This document shows, in pieces, positions 5,733-13,346 of a stretch of 13,757 nt of DNA. Position 1 is the first letter of the stretch. Every line of letters begins with the position of its first letter. Source of the stretch: a virus; IMG/VR virus record IMGVR_UViG_3300021966_000146, positions 1 through 13,757 of that record; one strand, given 5' to 3'. Position numbers and translations under genes: made by a program. The notes below the pieces were generated by a model. The model was given only the letters and a program-made list of their open reading frames with translations, was not told where the DNA came from and ran no database searches.

Positions 5733-6043
5733 TGTCTAAAATTTCAAAGGTTTTATCAAAACAGGGTACACGCTTAGATGTTGCGACTTTAACAAAAAGA
5801 GGTATAAAGCGTGTCTTACTTACACCTGCACATAACGTCGTTTTAGACGGTGTAACGTTAGAAGCTAACAAGCAATTTGACATCACTTTTCCAGAGTTAA
5901 ACGGTACGTTGCCAAGCTATATTCAGTTAACATCTAGCCTCAGCGAATGGTATTGTGGTTGTAGAATTATGGAACTAGCTGGAAAAGGTAACCCGAATTA
6001 CTTTGAGATTACAAAAGAAAATAACAACGGAGTGCCTACATAA
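5732..6043 (+). CDS. Hypothetical protein, 103 aa
   Basis: GTG start overlaps the endolysin stop (TAGTG), with GAGG at 5721-5724. Its stop overlaps the next start (TAATG at 6041-6045). No family recognised. Confidence 0.65.
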   Translation: MSKISKVLSKQGTRLDVATLTKRGIKRVLLTPAHNVVLDGVTLEANKQFDITFPELNGTLPSYIQLTSSLSEWYCGCRIMELAGKGNPNYFEITKENNNGVPT

Positions 6044-7119
6044 TGGCTTGGATAGCAGGAAACAGGTATCTATCACAGTCGGAAATGGATAACAACGCTC
6101 TAATTGTTGCTCAAATACTTTTAGAGTTTGGATGGACTCATAACGCTATTGCAGGGACTTTAGGTAATATGCAATATGAGTCTAACATAAACCCCGGTTT
6201 GTGGGAAAGTCTGAATGAAGGAAACACAAGCAGAGGTTTTGGGTTGACCCAATGGACACCAGCAACAAAGTTAATAAACTGGTGCAACAGTAAAGGACTC
6301 AATTACAAAGACGGAAACGCACAGTTACAGCGGTTGCAGTATGAGGTCGAATGGGACACACAAAGTCCTAATCAGGGACAATGGATAAATCGAGATGGGC
6401 TATCCTTTGCCGAATACATTAAAAGCACTGATACCCCGACTAACCTTGCAAGAGTGTTCATCCGTTCTTACGAGCGTCCAGCGAATGAAAACCAACCACA
6501 AAGAGGAACAGCAGCCGAACGATACTTTAACTTGATAAAGGATTTAGTGGGTGGAAAACTGGAAAAAGTAATTGAAGCAATTATGGGAAGAACAGTGGAA
6601 TACAACGGGCACAAGGGATTGAACCTTTATTCACAAGACGCAGTATTGCGAACACAAGTTTTTAAATCGCCTACAGGTCATTCAGATTGTTCATCTCTAA
6701 TGTGGAAAGCGTTTGAAATCTACGGAGACACCTTTATTGGAACGTGGACGGAAGACCAGCGAAGCCACGGTGAACTGGTTTGGACGAACACGAACCCCGA
6801 TTGGCATACTGTACCTTTAGAGGAACAAAGCAAAATCATGCGTGGAGATTTAATCTTCTACGGCACTTTAGGAGGACAAAGCGAACACGTAGAAATGTTT
6901 CTCGGTGATAATAAACAGGTCGGTCATGGCTCAGGTTGGGGACCTACTTTAAAGGTAACAAGCAACTACCGACATCCATATCCAGTAATGGAAGTGAGAA
7001 GATATTTATACGGGGGTGGAATTATACCACCGACAAGCCCCCTTTGGAAAAAATACTTAGGTGGAATTGTTAAAAATAGGAGGAAAAAACAATGCAAACA
7101 AGTGATATTGTTAAATTAG
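6043..7119 (+). CDS. Tail-associated peptidoglycan hydrolase: N-terminal phage tail lysozyme-like domain plus C-terminal NlpC/P60-type cysteine peptidase, 358 aa
   Basis: The N-terminus has the tail-lysozyme pattern AIAGTLGNMQYESNINP...GFGLTQWT...YERP. The C-terminus has a candidate catalytic Cys in GHSDCSSLMWKAF, followed by GDLIFYG and SEHVEMFLG...GHG, an NlpC/P60-like Cys-His arrangement. It is a functional analogue of phi29 gp13 (two lytic domains, tail-associated). Confidence 0.85.
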   Translation: MAWIAGNRYLSQSEMDNNALIVAQILLEFGWTHNAIAGTLGNMQYESNINPGLWESLNEGNTSRGFGLTQWTPATKLINWCNSKGLNYKDGNAQLQRLQYEVEWDTQSPNQGQWINRDGLSFAEYIKSTDTPTNLARVFIRSYERPANENQPQRGTAAERYFNLIKDLVGGKLEKVIEAIMGRTVEYNGHKGLNLYSQDAVLRTQVFKSPTGHSDCSSLMWKAFEIYGDTFIGTWTEDQRSHGELVWTNTNPDWHTVPLEEQSKIMRGDLIFYGTLGGQSEHVEMFLGDNKQVGHGSGWGPTLKVTSNYRHPYPVMEVRRYLYGGGIIPPTSPLWKKYLGGIVKNRRKKQCKQVILLN

Positions 7120-7412
7120 TAGACGCAGGGTTCACGAAAGAGGAGATTATGCAGTTGGCTAGTCCAGCACAGACACAGGTTCAGACACCAACACTGGTTC
7201 AGCCACAGATGCAGACACCAGCACAGGTACAGCCACAGATGCAGACACCAGCACAGGTGCAGATGCCACCAAATGTGGATTATAAAATGCTTTATGAAAC
7301 ACAGAAACAGATGCTTGCCGATATGCAGTCTTTAAACCAGAGAATGAATGTTGGTGCACCGATTGACACCGTGGAGAGCGTCATGAAGGATTTTCTTGGA
7401 GGTGAAAAATAA
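7092..7412 (+). CDS. Candidate scaffolding protein, 106 aa, with a P/Q/T-rich repeat linker
   Basis: AGGAGG (7078-7083) lies 8 nt before the ATG. The gene is immediately upstream of the major capsid gene and coupled to it by TAATG, as phi29 gp7 (about 98 aa) is to gp8. The ends are helical and flank repeated QPQMQTPAQV units. The assignment rests on position and composition only. Confidence 0.55.
   Translation: MQTSDIVKLVDAGFTKEEIMQLASPAQTQVQTPTLVQPQMQTPAQVQPQMQTPAQVQMPPNVDYKMLYETQKQMLADMQSLNQRMNVGAPIDTVESVMKDFLGGEK
7201..7260 (+). repeat. Tandem 30-bp direct repeat (2 copies, 1 mismatch) inside the scaffold candidate
   Basis: 7201-7230 AGCCACAGATGCAGACACCAGCACAGGTAC and 7231-7260 AGCCACAGATGCAGACACCAGCACAGGTGC. 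Degenerate related units lie upstream at about 7166-7200. Confidence 0.9.
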
Positions 7413-8590
7413 TGCCAGCTAATGAATTAAATATAAATCAGGTTAGTACAATTTTAAATGCAGTGGTTAAGCAGGCAACAGGAAACACAGCTTTAGCAAC
7501 TGTCGACGGAAATAACTTTGCAACAGTAGCACAGTTACCGTTAAAAATTGGATACGACCCTGTTATTAACGCTATTTCACAGGTTCTGTCATCTACAATC
7601 TTTTCTGTTAGACCGTATTCCCGTAAATTTAAGGGTATTAACGTGTCAAGCCAGAAATTCGGAAACATCACACGCAAATTAAACATTGCAGACAGTGACT
7701 GGACGGACGATGACAGACAGAAATTAACAGACGGTGAAAGTATTGATATGTACGTTGTTAAAAAACCGACTGTATTACAGACTAACTTCTACGGTGCAAA
7801 TGCTTTCCAGCGTCAGACCACAATTTTTAAAGACCAGTTAGATGTAGCCTTTTCCTCTCAGGAAGAGTTTGGCAGATTTATTTCAATGCTTATGAGTAAT
7901 GTTTCTGATATGATTGAGCAGGGTCATGAAAGTATGGCAAGAATGTGTATTCTTAACTACGTTGGTGGAAAGCTTGCTAATGAAGATGAAGTAAATAACC
8001 GTATTCATTTGCTTACAGAATACAATGAGCTTACAGGTTTGACTTTAAATGATAAAGACGTATATAAACCAGAGAATTTTCCGTCATTCATGAAGTTTGT
8101 TGTTGCTAGAATTAAAGCAATTTCAAACCTTATGACTGAAAGAAGTGAAAAGTTTCACACTAACGTTACTGGAAAAGAGATTATGCGTCATACACCACTT
8201 TCAAAGCAGAAAGTGTATTTACTTGCCCCACAGCAGTATTTAATGGAAACATCTGTTTTGTCTGACCTGTTTAACGACAAGTATATGAAAATGACTGACT
8301 TGGAGTTAGTGAATTTTTGGCAGAATATTGATAAACCGGCTGATATTGATATTAAGCCTATTTACATGGACAAGAAAGGAGCTTTAAAACAGCCAGCAAG
8401 CGCAATCAAAGAACCACACCTTTTTGGTGTAATTTTTGACGAGGAAGCTTTGGGTTATACTACTGTTAATAGTTGGTCGGCTCCTACACCTTTTAATGCA
8501 AGAGGTGGTTATCACAATATCTTCTGGCACTACACAGATAGATATTGGAACGATTTTACAGAAAACGGTGTCGTTTTACTGTTAGACTAA
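7412..8590 (+). CDS. Major capsid protein, 392 aa
   Basis: GGAGG (7398-7402) lies 9 nt before the ATG. The gene follows the scaffold and precedes tail knob and portal. Stretches resemble remembered phi29 gp8: an N-terminal VNAI/ATV..N..A block, and NARGGYHNIFWHYTDRYW vs NPRGLYWNYYYHVW. It is shorter than gp8, consistent with lacking the C-terminal Ig-like domain. Confidence 0.8.
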   Translation: MPANELNINQVSTILNAVVKQATGNTALATVDGNNFATVAQLPLKIGYDPVINAISQVLSSTIFSVRPYSRKFKGINVSSQKFGNITRKLNIADSDWTDDDRQKLTDGESIDMYVVKKPTVLQTNFYGANAFQRQTTIFKDQLDVAFSSQEEFGRFISMLMSNVSDMIEQGHESMARMCILNYVGGKLANEDEVNNRIHLLTEYNELTGLTLNDKDVYKPENFPSFMKFVVARIKAISNLMTERSEKFHTNVTGKEIMRHTPLSKQKVYLLAPQQYLMETSVLSDLFNDKYMKMTDLELVNFWQNIDKPADIDIKPIYMDKKGALKQPASAIKEPHLFGVIFDEEALGYTTVNSWSAPTPFNARGGYHNIFWHYTDRYWNDFTENGVVLLLD

Positions 8591-8605
8591 CAAAGATAGG
8601 AGGTA

Positions 8606-8625
8606 GAGGGGATTAACATCCCCTC
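8606..8625 (+). other. Perfect GC-rich hairpin between the SD and the start codon of the tail knob gene
   Basis: GAGGGGAT (8606-8613), loop TAAC, ATCCCCTC (8618-8625). There is no downstream T-run. GGAGG at 8599-8603 lies 2 nt upstream, and ATG 8635 lies 9 nt downstream. Confidence 0.6.
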
Positions 8626-8634
8626 GAAATCTAC

Positions 8635-9990
8635 ATGGAAGTAATTTTTTATAAATTCAGTAAAAGAAAAAATAGTACGAAACAGGCTTTTGGTGGAGTT
8701 TCTTACAAGCATGGGACTTTAAAGGAGTTCTGTAGTGTTACGAAGCCTGTAATTCTTGTAGACATGGGAAAAATCCCTGATTACAATTATGCTTATATTA
8801 CAGAATTTAAAAGATATTACTACATTACTAATGTAGTAGTGGAAAGCGGTACAATGTGCAGAGTTTACATGACTGTGGATGTATTGGCAAGCTACAAAGA
8901 TGATATCTTAAAAGCGGATGTGTTTGTACAGCGTTGGAGTCGGTCGAATGTGATAGACATTATGGACGGACAATGTGTAGCCAGAGCAAATCCAGAACAG
9001 CGAATAGAAACAGGTGTTTTGCCGATAGACAGTGACGGTCATTTTGTTTTGGGAGTAACAGGGAAGAACGGAGCAAATGCAGTAGCTTACTATGATTTAA
9101 ACAAGACACAATTAGAGTTGCTTATGAATTTTCTTTTCACAGAAGATAATTTTAAAGATGTCATTTCCGAAGAAGTTGTAAAAAGTTTCTTTAATCCTTT
9201 TGATTTTATTGTGAGCTGTATGTGGTTTCCTTTTCCGCACAGTCCAGCAAATAAACGTCGAATAGATTTCGGATGGTTTAGCAATGACGAAATTATGGGA
9301 GTGTTACTAGAAGGAAATAGTCTAACTTCTGGTGAGCTTTGGGTGACAATTCCTAGAATGTACCCCAAAGGAGATTTTAGGAATTCGGCTTTTATTTCCT
9401 ACAAAATCTATATTCCGTTTTTCGGGGAAATTCCAATAGACGCAAACATAATTTCAGAAGCAGATGTAATTTCTTATAAATTCGTGGTCGATATTGCAAC
9501 TGGAAAAGCACAATGCCAGTTGGGGTATGGAGATTTCAGCATAATGGAAAGCGGTAGTGGTACTGTCTTCATGCGACTTGAAGGGCAAATGGGTTGTCCG
9601 ATAGCCTTAGCTCAAACTAACACGGACATAATCGGCGGAGCAGTTTCCGCTATCGGAAGTGTTGCGGGATTTCTCAAAAATCCACAAGGAGCAGTGGAGG
9701 GAGTAGTTAGCGCAGTTGAAAACGCAATGCCTGTGCCTGAAATTAAAAGCGGTAACGGATGCCGAAGCACTTTAGACTTCGAAAGAAATGTGAAGCTCAC
9801 GGCTACTATGTACCGTGCTAACGTTTTAAATCCAGAAGATAGGGGCTATATACATTGTAAACGGCAAACTCTCGGTAGTCTCGGTGGCGGTTTTGCTATT
9901 TGCGATAATGCAAGCATTCCGTTATCTGCAACAGAAGAAGAAATAACAGAAGTTAATAATTATGTGAATGGAGGTATTTATATTGAGTAA
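8635..9990 (+). CDS. Tail knob (distal tail tube) protein, phi29 gp9-like, 451 aa
   Basis: Collinear resemblance to remembered phi29 gp9: YAYITEFKRYYYITNVVVESGTMCRVYMTVDVLASY vs SYIMFQN...[30 protein letters not shown]. It also has a Gly/Ala/Ser-rich hydrophobic segment, DIIGGAVSAIGSVAGFL...GAVEGVVSAV, that parallels the gp9 loop. It sits immediately before the portal gene, as in phi29. Confidence 0.8.
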   Translation: MEVIFYKFSKRKNSTKQAFGGVSYKHGTLKEFCSVTKPVILVDMGKIPDYNYAYITEFKRYYYITNVVVESGTMCRVYMTVDVLASYKDDILKADVFVQRWSRSNVIDIMDGQCVARANPEQRIETGVLPIDSDGHFVLGVTGKNGANAVAYYDLNKTQLELLMNFLFTEDNFKDVISEEVVKSFFNPFDFIVSCMWFPFPHSPANKRRIDFGWFSNDEIMGVLLEGNSLTSGELWVTIPRMYPKGDFRNSAFISYKIYIPFFGEIPIDANIISEADVISYKFVVDIATGKAQCQLGYGDFSIMESGSGTVFMRLEGQMGCPIALAQTNTDIIGGAVSAIGSVAGFLKNPQGAVEGVVSAVENAMPVPEIKSGNGCRSTLDFERNVKLTATMYRANVLNPEDRGYIHCKRQTLGSLGGGFAICDNASIPLSATEEEITEVNNYVNGGIYIE

Positions 9991-10873
9991 TTATCCTGTG
10001 GATTTTGACGGAATAGCACGTTACAACACTAAAGTAACCCCAAATACCATACATACTTGGGGGACTTACAATGTAGAATTTTATAAGAGATATTTGCTTA
10101 CTAAAGCAATGTCAGTCTTTGAGTGGACTATTCCGAAAGAGTGGAGCTTAGATTATTTTAAAAGTTGTATTTATGTAAATGGTGCAATTTGCGTAATAAA
10201 TACAAACAGATTTGGAGTAATACCTCAAGTTTTTACGCCAGCCGGCTATGACATTTACTACGAACCAAACACGGCATATATTGCTAGTCCGATTTTAGGG
10301 GATTATATGCTGGAAATCGGTAAACAATGTGAGGTGATAAAGTTAAAAAGAGATTGGTGCGGTATAATGGATATCGTAAACAACTATGCGGAACTACTTA
10401 CTGAATGCGATAAATCAATCGGAATAAATCTTTTAAATACAAAAGTTGCTTTTGCTTTTGGTGTGAACAGTAAAGCCGAAGCGGAAAAAATGAAGAAAAT
10501 CTATGACGAAATTATTTCAGGAAATCCAGCGGTGTTTTACAAAGACGGAGGAGAAAAGTGGGATTTCTTCATTCAGAATTTGAAACAAAATTATATCGTT
10601 CAGGATTTAATTATTGCTAAAAAGTCGATTATGGACGAGTTTAACACTTTAGTTGGTATTCCGAATGCAAATACCGAAAAGAGAGAAAGACTTGTCAAGG
10701 ATGAAGTTAATGCAAACAATGCGGACACGTTTTCGCTGGCTGAGGAATGGTTAGAAGAATTAAAAATCGGATGTGAAAAGGTTAATAGAATGTTTGGACT
10801 AAACTTGTCTGTTAAATTCAGGGAAGGAGTGAAGCAGAATGGCGAAAATAACACTGTGGGGAGTTCTGAATAA
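9983..10873 (+). CDS. Portal (upper collar/connector) protein, phi29 gp10-like, about 296 aa
   Basis: Strong similarity to remembered phi29 gp10: FEWTIPKEW vs [35 protein letters not shown] vs [44 protein letters not shown] vs ACEKINELYGLNVKVKFR. For the start, the in-frame TTG at 9983 lies 8 nt after GGAGG (9970-9974), while the ATG at 9968 (track start) has no RBS. Either is possible. Confidence 0.93.
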   Translation: [296 protein letters not shown]

Positions 10874-11408
10874 TTACCCTGAAATTATTAAAGGTGTGGA
10901 ACTGCCCAACAACGTAGACTACGAAACTTTATTAGAAGTTATAATCTTTAAAGCTGGGGAAAATGAAGTTATGTATCCTAATCCCGTTTTCATGGAAACA
11001 GCAGTTCGGGCATGGTTTAGAGCGAAAAAGTACGAGTTTGATAAACTTGCAGAAACTTTAGATTTAGAATACAATCCGATTGAAAATTACGACAGAAAAG
11101 AAGAATGGACGGATAGAACAGAAAGTACAAGTAATTCCAGTACGAAAGGAAATGGAACAAGTACGGAAAGTAAATATGCGTTCGACAGCACGAGCTTTAA
11201 CCCGTACACACGTACAGAAAGCACGAACAATGATACTGATACCGTGCAGGGGAACGGGGAAACGGTGCACAGTGGAAAAATTCACGGGAATATTGGAGTT
11301 ACAACATCACAGCAGATGATACAGTCGGAAAGAGAAGTTGCTAACTTTGATATATATGACTATATCGCAAGTAAATTTGAAGACGCTTTTACGCTTGCGG
11401 TTTATTAA
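10839..11408 (+). CDS. Lower collar / head-tail adaptor candidate, 189 aa
   Basis: AAGGAG (10824-10829) lies 9 nt before the ATG. It occupies the phi29 gp11 slot, directly after the portal and before the appendage gene. It contains an LEYNPIENYDR block and an S/T/N-rich middle region. The assignment is mainly positional. Confidence 0.55.
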   Translation: MAKITLWGVLNNYPEIIKGVELPNNVDYETLLEVIIFKAGENEVMYPNPVFMETAVRAWFRAKKYEFDKLAETLDLEYNPIENYDRKEEWTDRTESTSNSSTKGNGTSTESKYAFDSTSFNPYTRTESTNNDTDTVQGNGETVHSGKIHGNIGVTTSQQMIQSEREVANFDIYDYIASKFEDAFTLAVY

Positions 11409-11424
11409 GAAAGGAGAAATGATT

Positions 11425-12996
11425 ATGAGTTTTGAAGTGTTTCCTTACACCAATTTCCATGAAATGAATTTGGATTGGTTAATTGAAAAAATGAAAGAGT
11501 TAGTGAAGGAATGGATGGACGTAGGCAAGAAGTGGGAAGAGATTAGAGAACTAATTGAAAACTTCTTAGACCACGTAGCAGTAGACATTTCCGCAGAAGT
11601 CAAGAAACAGTTAAAAGTGATGCTGAATAACGGAGAGTTGGAAGCAATAATCACGAGTTCTTTAGGAATTGTAACAAGCGTAGATACTTGCGTAGAACTT
11701 AAAAAATCTACAAAATATAAGGCAGGGCAGGTTATTGTTACAAAAGGGTATCACAAAGTCGGTGACAATGGCGGTGCAACTTATTACTTGTCAGACACTG
11801 CTTTTGAGGACACAGGGGTTTTCGAAAAAACAGCAAACGGATTATTTGCAAATATGCTGTACAATGATGTAATTTCCGTTGAACAGTTAGGTGTCGTTAG
11901 CAATGCTACTGGCGATTACACTACAAAACCAGCTAATAATGCGGTAGCTTTTAATAATGCCCTGACGCTTTGCAAAAGCAATTCTACAAGAAAACACAAA
12001 TTTAAACTTGTAGGTTACGGAAATTATTATGTAGAAACAACTTTGGATTTCGGTGGAACGAATGAAGCGAAAGTTTCTGACAGTGATTTCAAAACCGACT
12101 TTTCTGGTTCAACGATTTTCACGGATAAAAGCTTAGACGCTCTTATTTCCATTAAAAATGCTCAAGAGATTATTTATAATTTTGGGTATATCAATGCAAA
12201 AACTTGTAATTACGGAATTAAAATTGCATCTTTGGAAAGGTATGATTGGTCGCAGTATGTAACATTACATTGCTTGGATGTGAGAGCATCTACAAATTCT
12301 CTGTATGTAACAAACAACGACAAGGGCGGCTGGGTAAATGAATTACACGTAAACGGCGGTTTATTCGCCGACGGAATTTTTGTAGACTGCCCGAACCCTG
12401 AGGACGAAGTGTTTGTGACTAATATGTTAAGTGGTTTTTACTTTAATGATGTATCATGTGAAGGTGCGGACGTTTGGTATAACTTTAAAAATGTAGTCGG
12501 TGTGCATATCACATCTGCAAGAACAACAGACATTACAAACAAGTGGATTACTACGCAGGGAAATACAAGAGAAGTTCTTCTGTTCGGTGATTTTAAAATT
12601 ACCCACTTGCAGTTATCACAGGGAACACAGAAATTAAGAATTTTCGGTGCATTGACTATTCCAGATAAATTCGTTATTAAAAACCCAACCTATATGTTAG
12701 GTGCGTGGTGTGTAGATTATTTTCCACAAGTTGTCGAACAGGGTTCTGGTAGTGGATTTTTCAGGGATAGTGACGTTTCTCCTACTTATATGCTTTTCAA
12801 AGGTGATTGTAGTAAAGTAAAACTACCGAAAGAGTATAGTGAATTCTTAGGAATAAACTCTTTTAAAGCGTATGTAGAAGAAGGAGCAACAGGAACTATA
12901 ATGGACGCATACGGAAAAACAGTAATGAACGTTGCCAATTATCAAGGAAAGTACATTTCAGTAGATTTCGTAGGTCGAGGATGGTGGATTAGTTAA
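11425..12996 (+). CDS. Tail appendage / receptor-binding protein (tailspike-like), 523 aa
   Basis: ATG 11425 lies 8 nt after AGGAG (11412-11416); the track start at 11338 overlaps the previous gene and has no RBS. The helical N-terminal anchor (FHEMNLDWLIEKMKEL) is a motif type seen in Gram-positive phage fibres. The G/N/V-rich body (GDNGGATYY..., repeated short beta-like segments) is compatible with a beta-helix. It is the last late gene, in the phi29 gp12 slot. Confidence 0.7.
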   Translation: MSFEVFPYTNFHEMNLDWLIEKMKELVKEWMDVGKKWEEIRELIENFLDHVAVDISAEVKKQLKVMLNNGELEAIITSSLGIVTSVDTCVELKKSTKYKAGQVIVTKGYHKVGDNGGATYYLSDTAFEDTGVFEKTANGLFANMLYNDVISVEQLGVVSNATGDYTTKPANNAVAFNNALTLCKSNSTRKHKFKLVGYGNYYVETTLDFGGTNEAKVSDSDFKTDFSGSTIFTDKSLDALISIKNAQEIIYNFGYINAKTCNYGIKIASLERYDWSQYVTLHCLDVRASTNSLYVTNNDKGGWVNELHVNGGLFADGIFVDCPNPEDEVFVTNMLSGFYFNDVSCEGADVWYNFKNVVGVHITSARTTDITNKWITTQGNTREVLLFGDFKITHLQLSQGTQKLRIFGALTIPDKFVIKNPTYMLGAWCVDYFPQVVEQGSGSGFFRDSDVSPTYMLFKGDCSKVKLPKEYSEFLGINSFKAYVEEGATGTIMDAYGKTVMNVANYQGKYISVDFVGRGWWIS

Positions 12997-12997
12997 T

Positions 12998-13022
12998 CAA
13001 AGAGGGCTATAAGCCCTCTTTT
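12998..13022. terminator. Bidirectional rho-independent terminator between the convergent late and right-early operons
   Basis: AAAGAGGGC (12998-13007... stem core AGAGGGC 13001-13007), loop TATAA, GCCCTCT (13013-13019), flanked by an A-run upstream and a T-run downstream. Both strands therefore read as hairpin plus U-tract. Confidence 0.8.
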
Positions 13023-13221
13023 AATTGTATTCTATTTTAAATATTCCTAAAGCCCTTAATTCTTCATTATCAAATTTCCAATGTATAAGCTTGTTATTTA
13101 GTGCTCTATACCCTCGTTCATTTATGTATGCAATACGTGTTTTTCTGTCGATTGTTACAAACACAGTAGCGTATTTCTTATTTATCGTGCTTTTCGCCGT
13201 TAGCACTGTTTGCAATCTCAT
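13021..13221 (-). CDS. Hypothetical right-end early protein, 66 aa
   Basis: ATG at 13221 lies 7 nt after GGAGGAG (13229-13235 on the minus strand). The TTG track start at 13263 lacks an RBS. It overlaps the upstream gene by 44 nt in another frame. Basic; no family recognised. Confidence 0.6.
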   Translation of the reverse strand: MRLQTVLTAKSTINKKYATVFVTIDRKTRIAYINERGYRALNNKLIHWKFDNEELRALGIFKIEYN

Positions 13222-13345
13222 TCTGTAACTCCTCCAATCTACGCAATAGATAATAGTTTTCAATATATAAATCGTTTATCTTGTTTGATGTGCATAAAGA
13301 ACAGATAAGTATGCCTATTACAGCACCTATTACAATGCCTAGCAT
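13178..13345 (-). CDS. Small membrane protein, 55 aa (N-terminal TM helix plus a short coiled-coil-like tail)
   Basis: ATG at 13345 lies 9 nt after GAGAGG (13355-13360) and directly follows the upstream stop (13347-13349). The alternative ATG at 13366 (track start) lacks an RBS. The TM segment is MLGIVIGAVIGILICSLC, followed by LYIENYYLLRRLEELQNEIANS. Confidence 0.6.
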   Translation of the reverse strand: MLGIVIGAVIGILICSLCTSNKINDLYIENYYLLRRLEELQNEIANSANGEKHDK

Positions 13346-13346
13346 C

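Noticed and set aside
7166-7260. CRISPR-like or other non-coding repeat array.
   Set aside because: There are only two near-identical 30-bp units in direct tandem with no spacers. They are in frame within a well-supported ORF and encode PQ-rich peptide repeats.
11080-11319. 79-aa + strand ORF nested inside the lower-collar candidate.
   Set aside because: It is an alternative frame of a gene with a good RBS and a conserved position. It is very basic and of low complexity, and it has no SD.
11338-11424. Long N-terminal extension of the appendage ORF (track start 11338).
   Set aside because: It overlaps the last 71 nt of the preceding gene with no SD. ATG 11425 lies 8 nt after AGGAG, just past the upstream stop.
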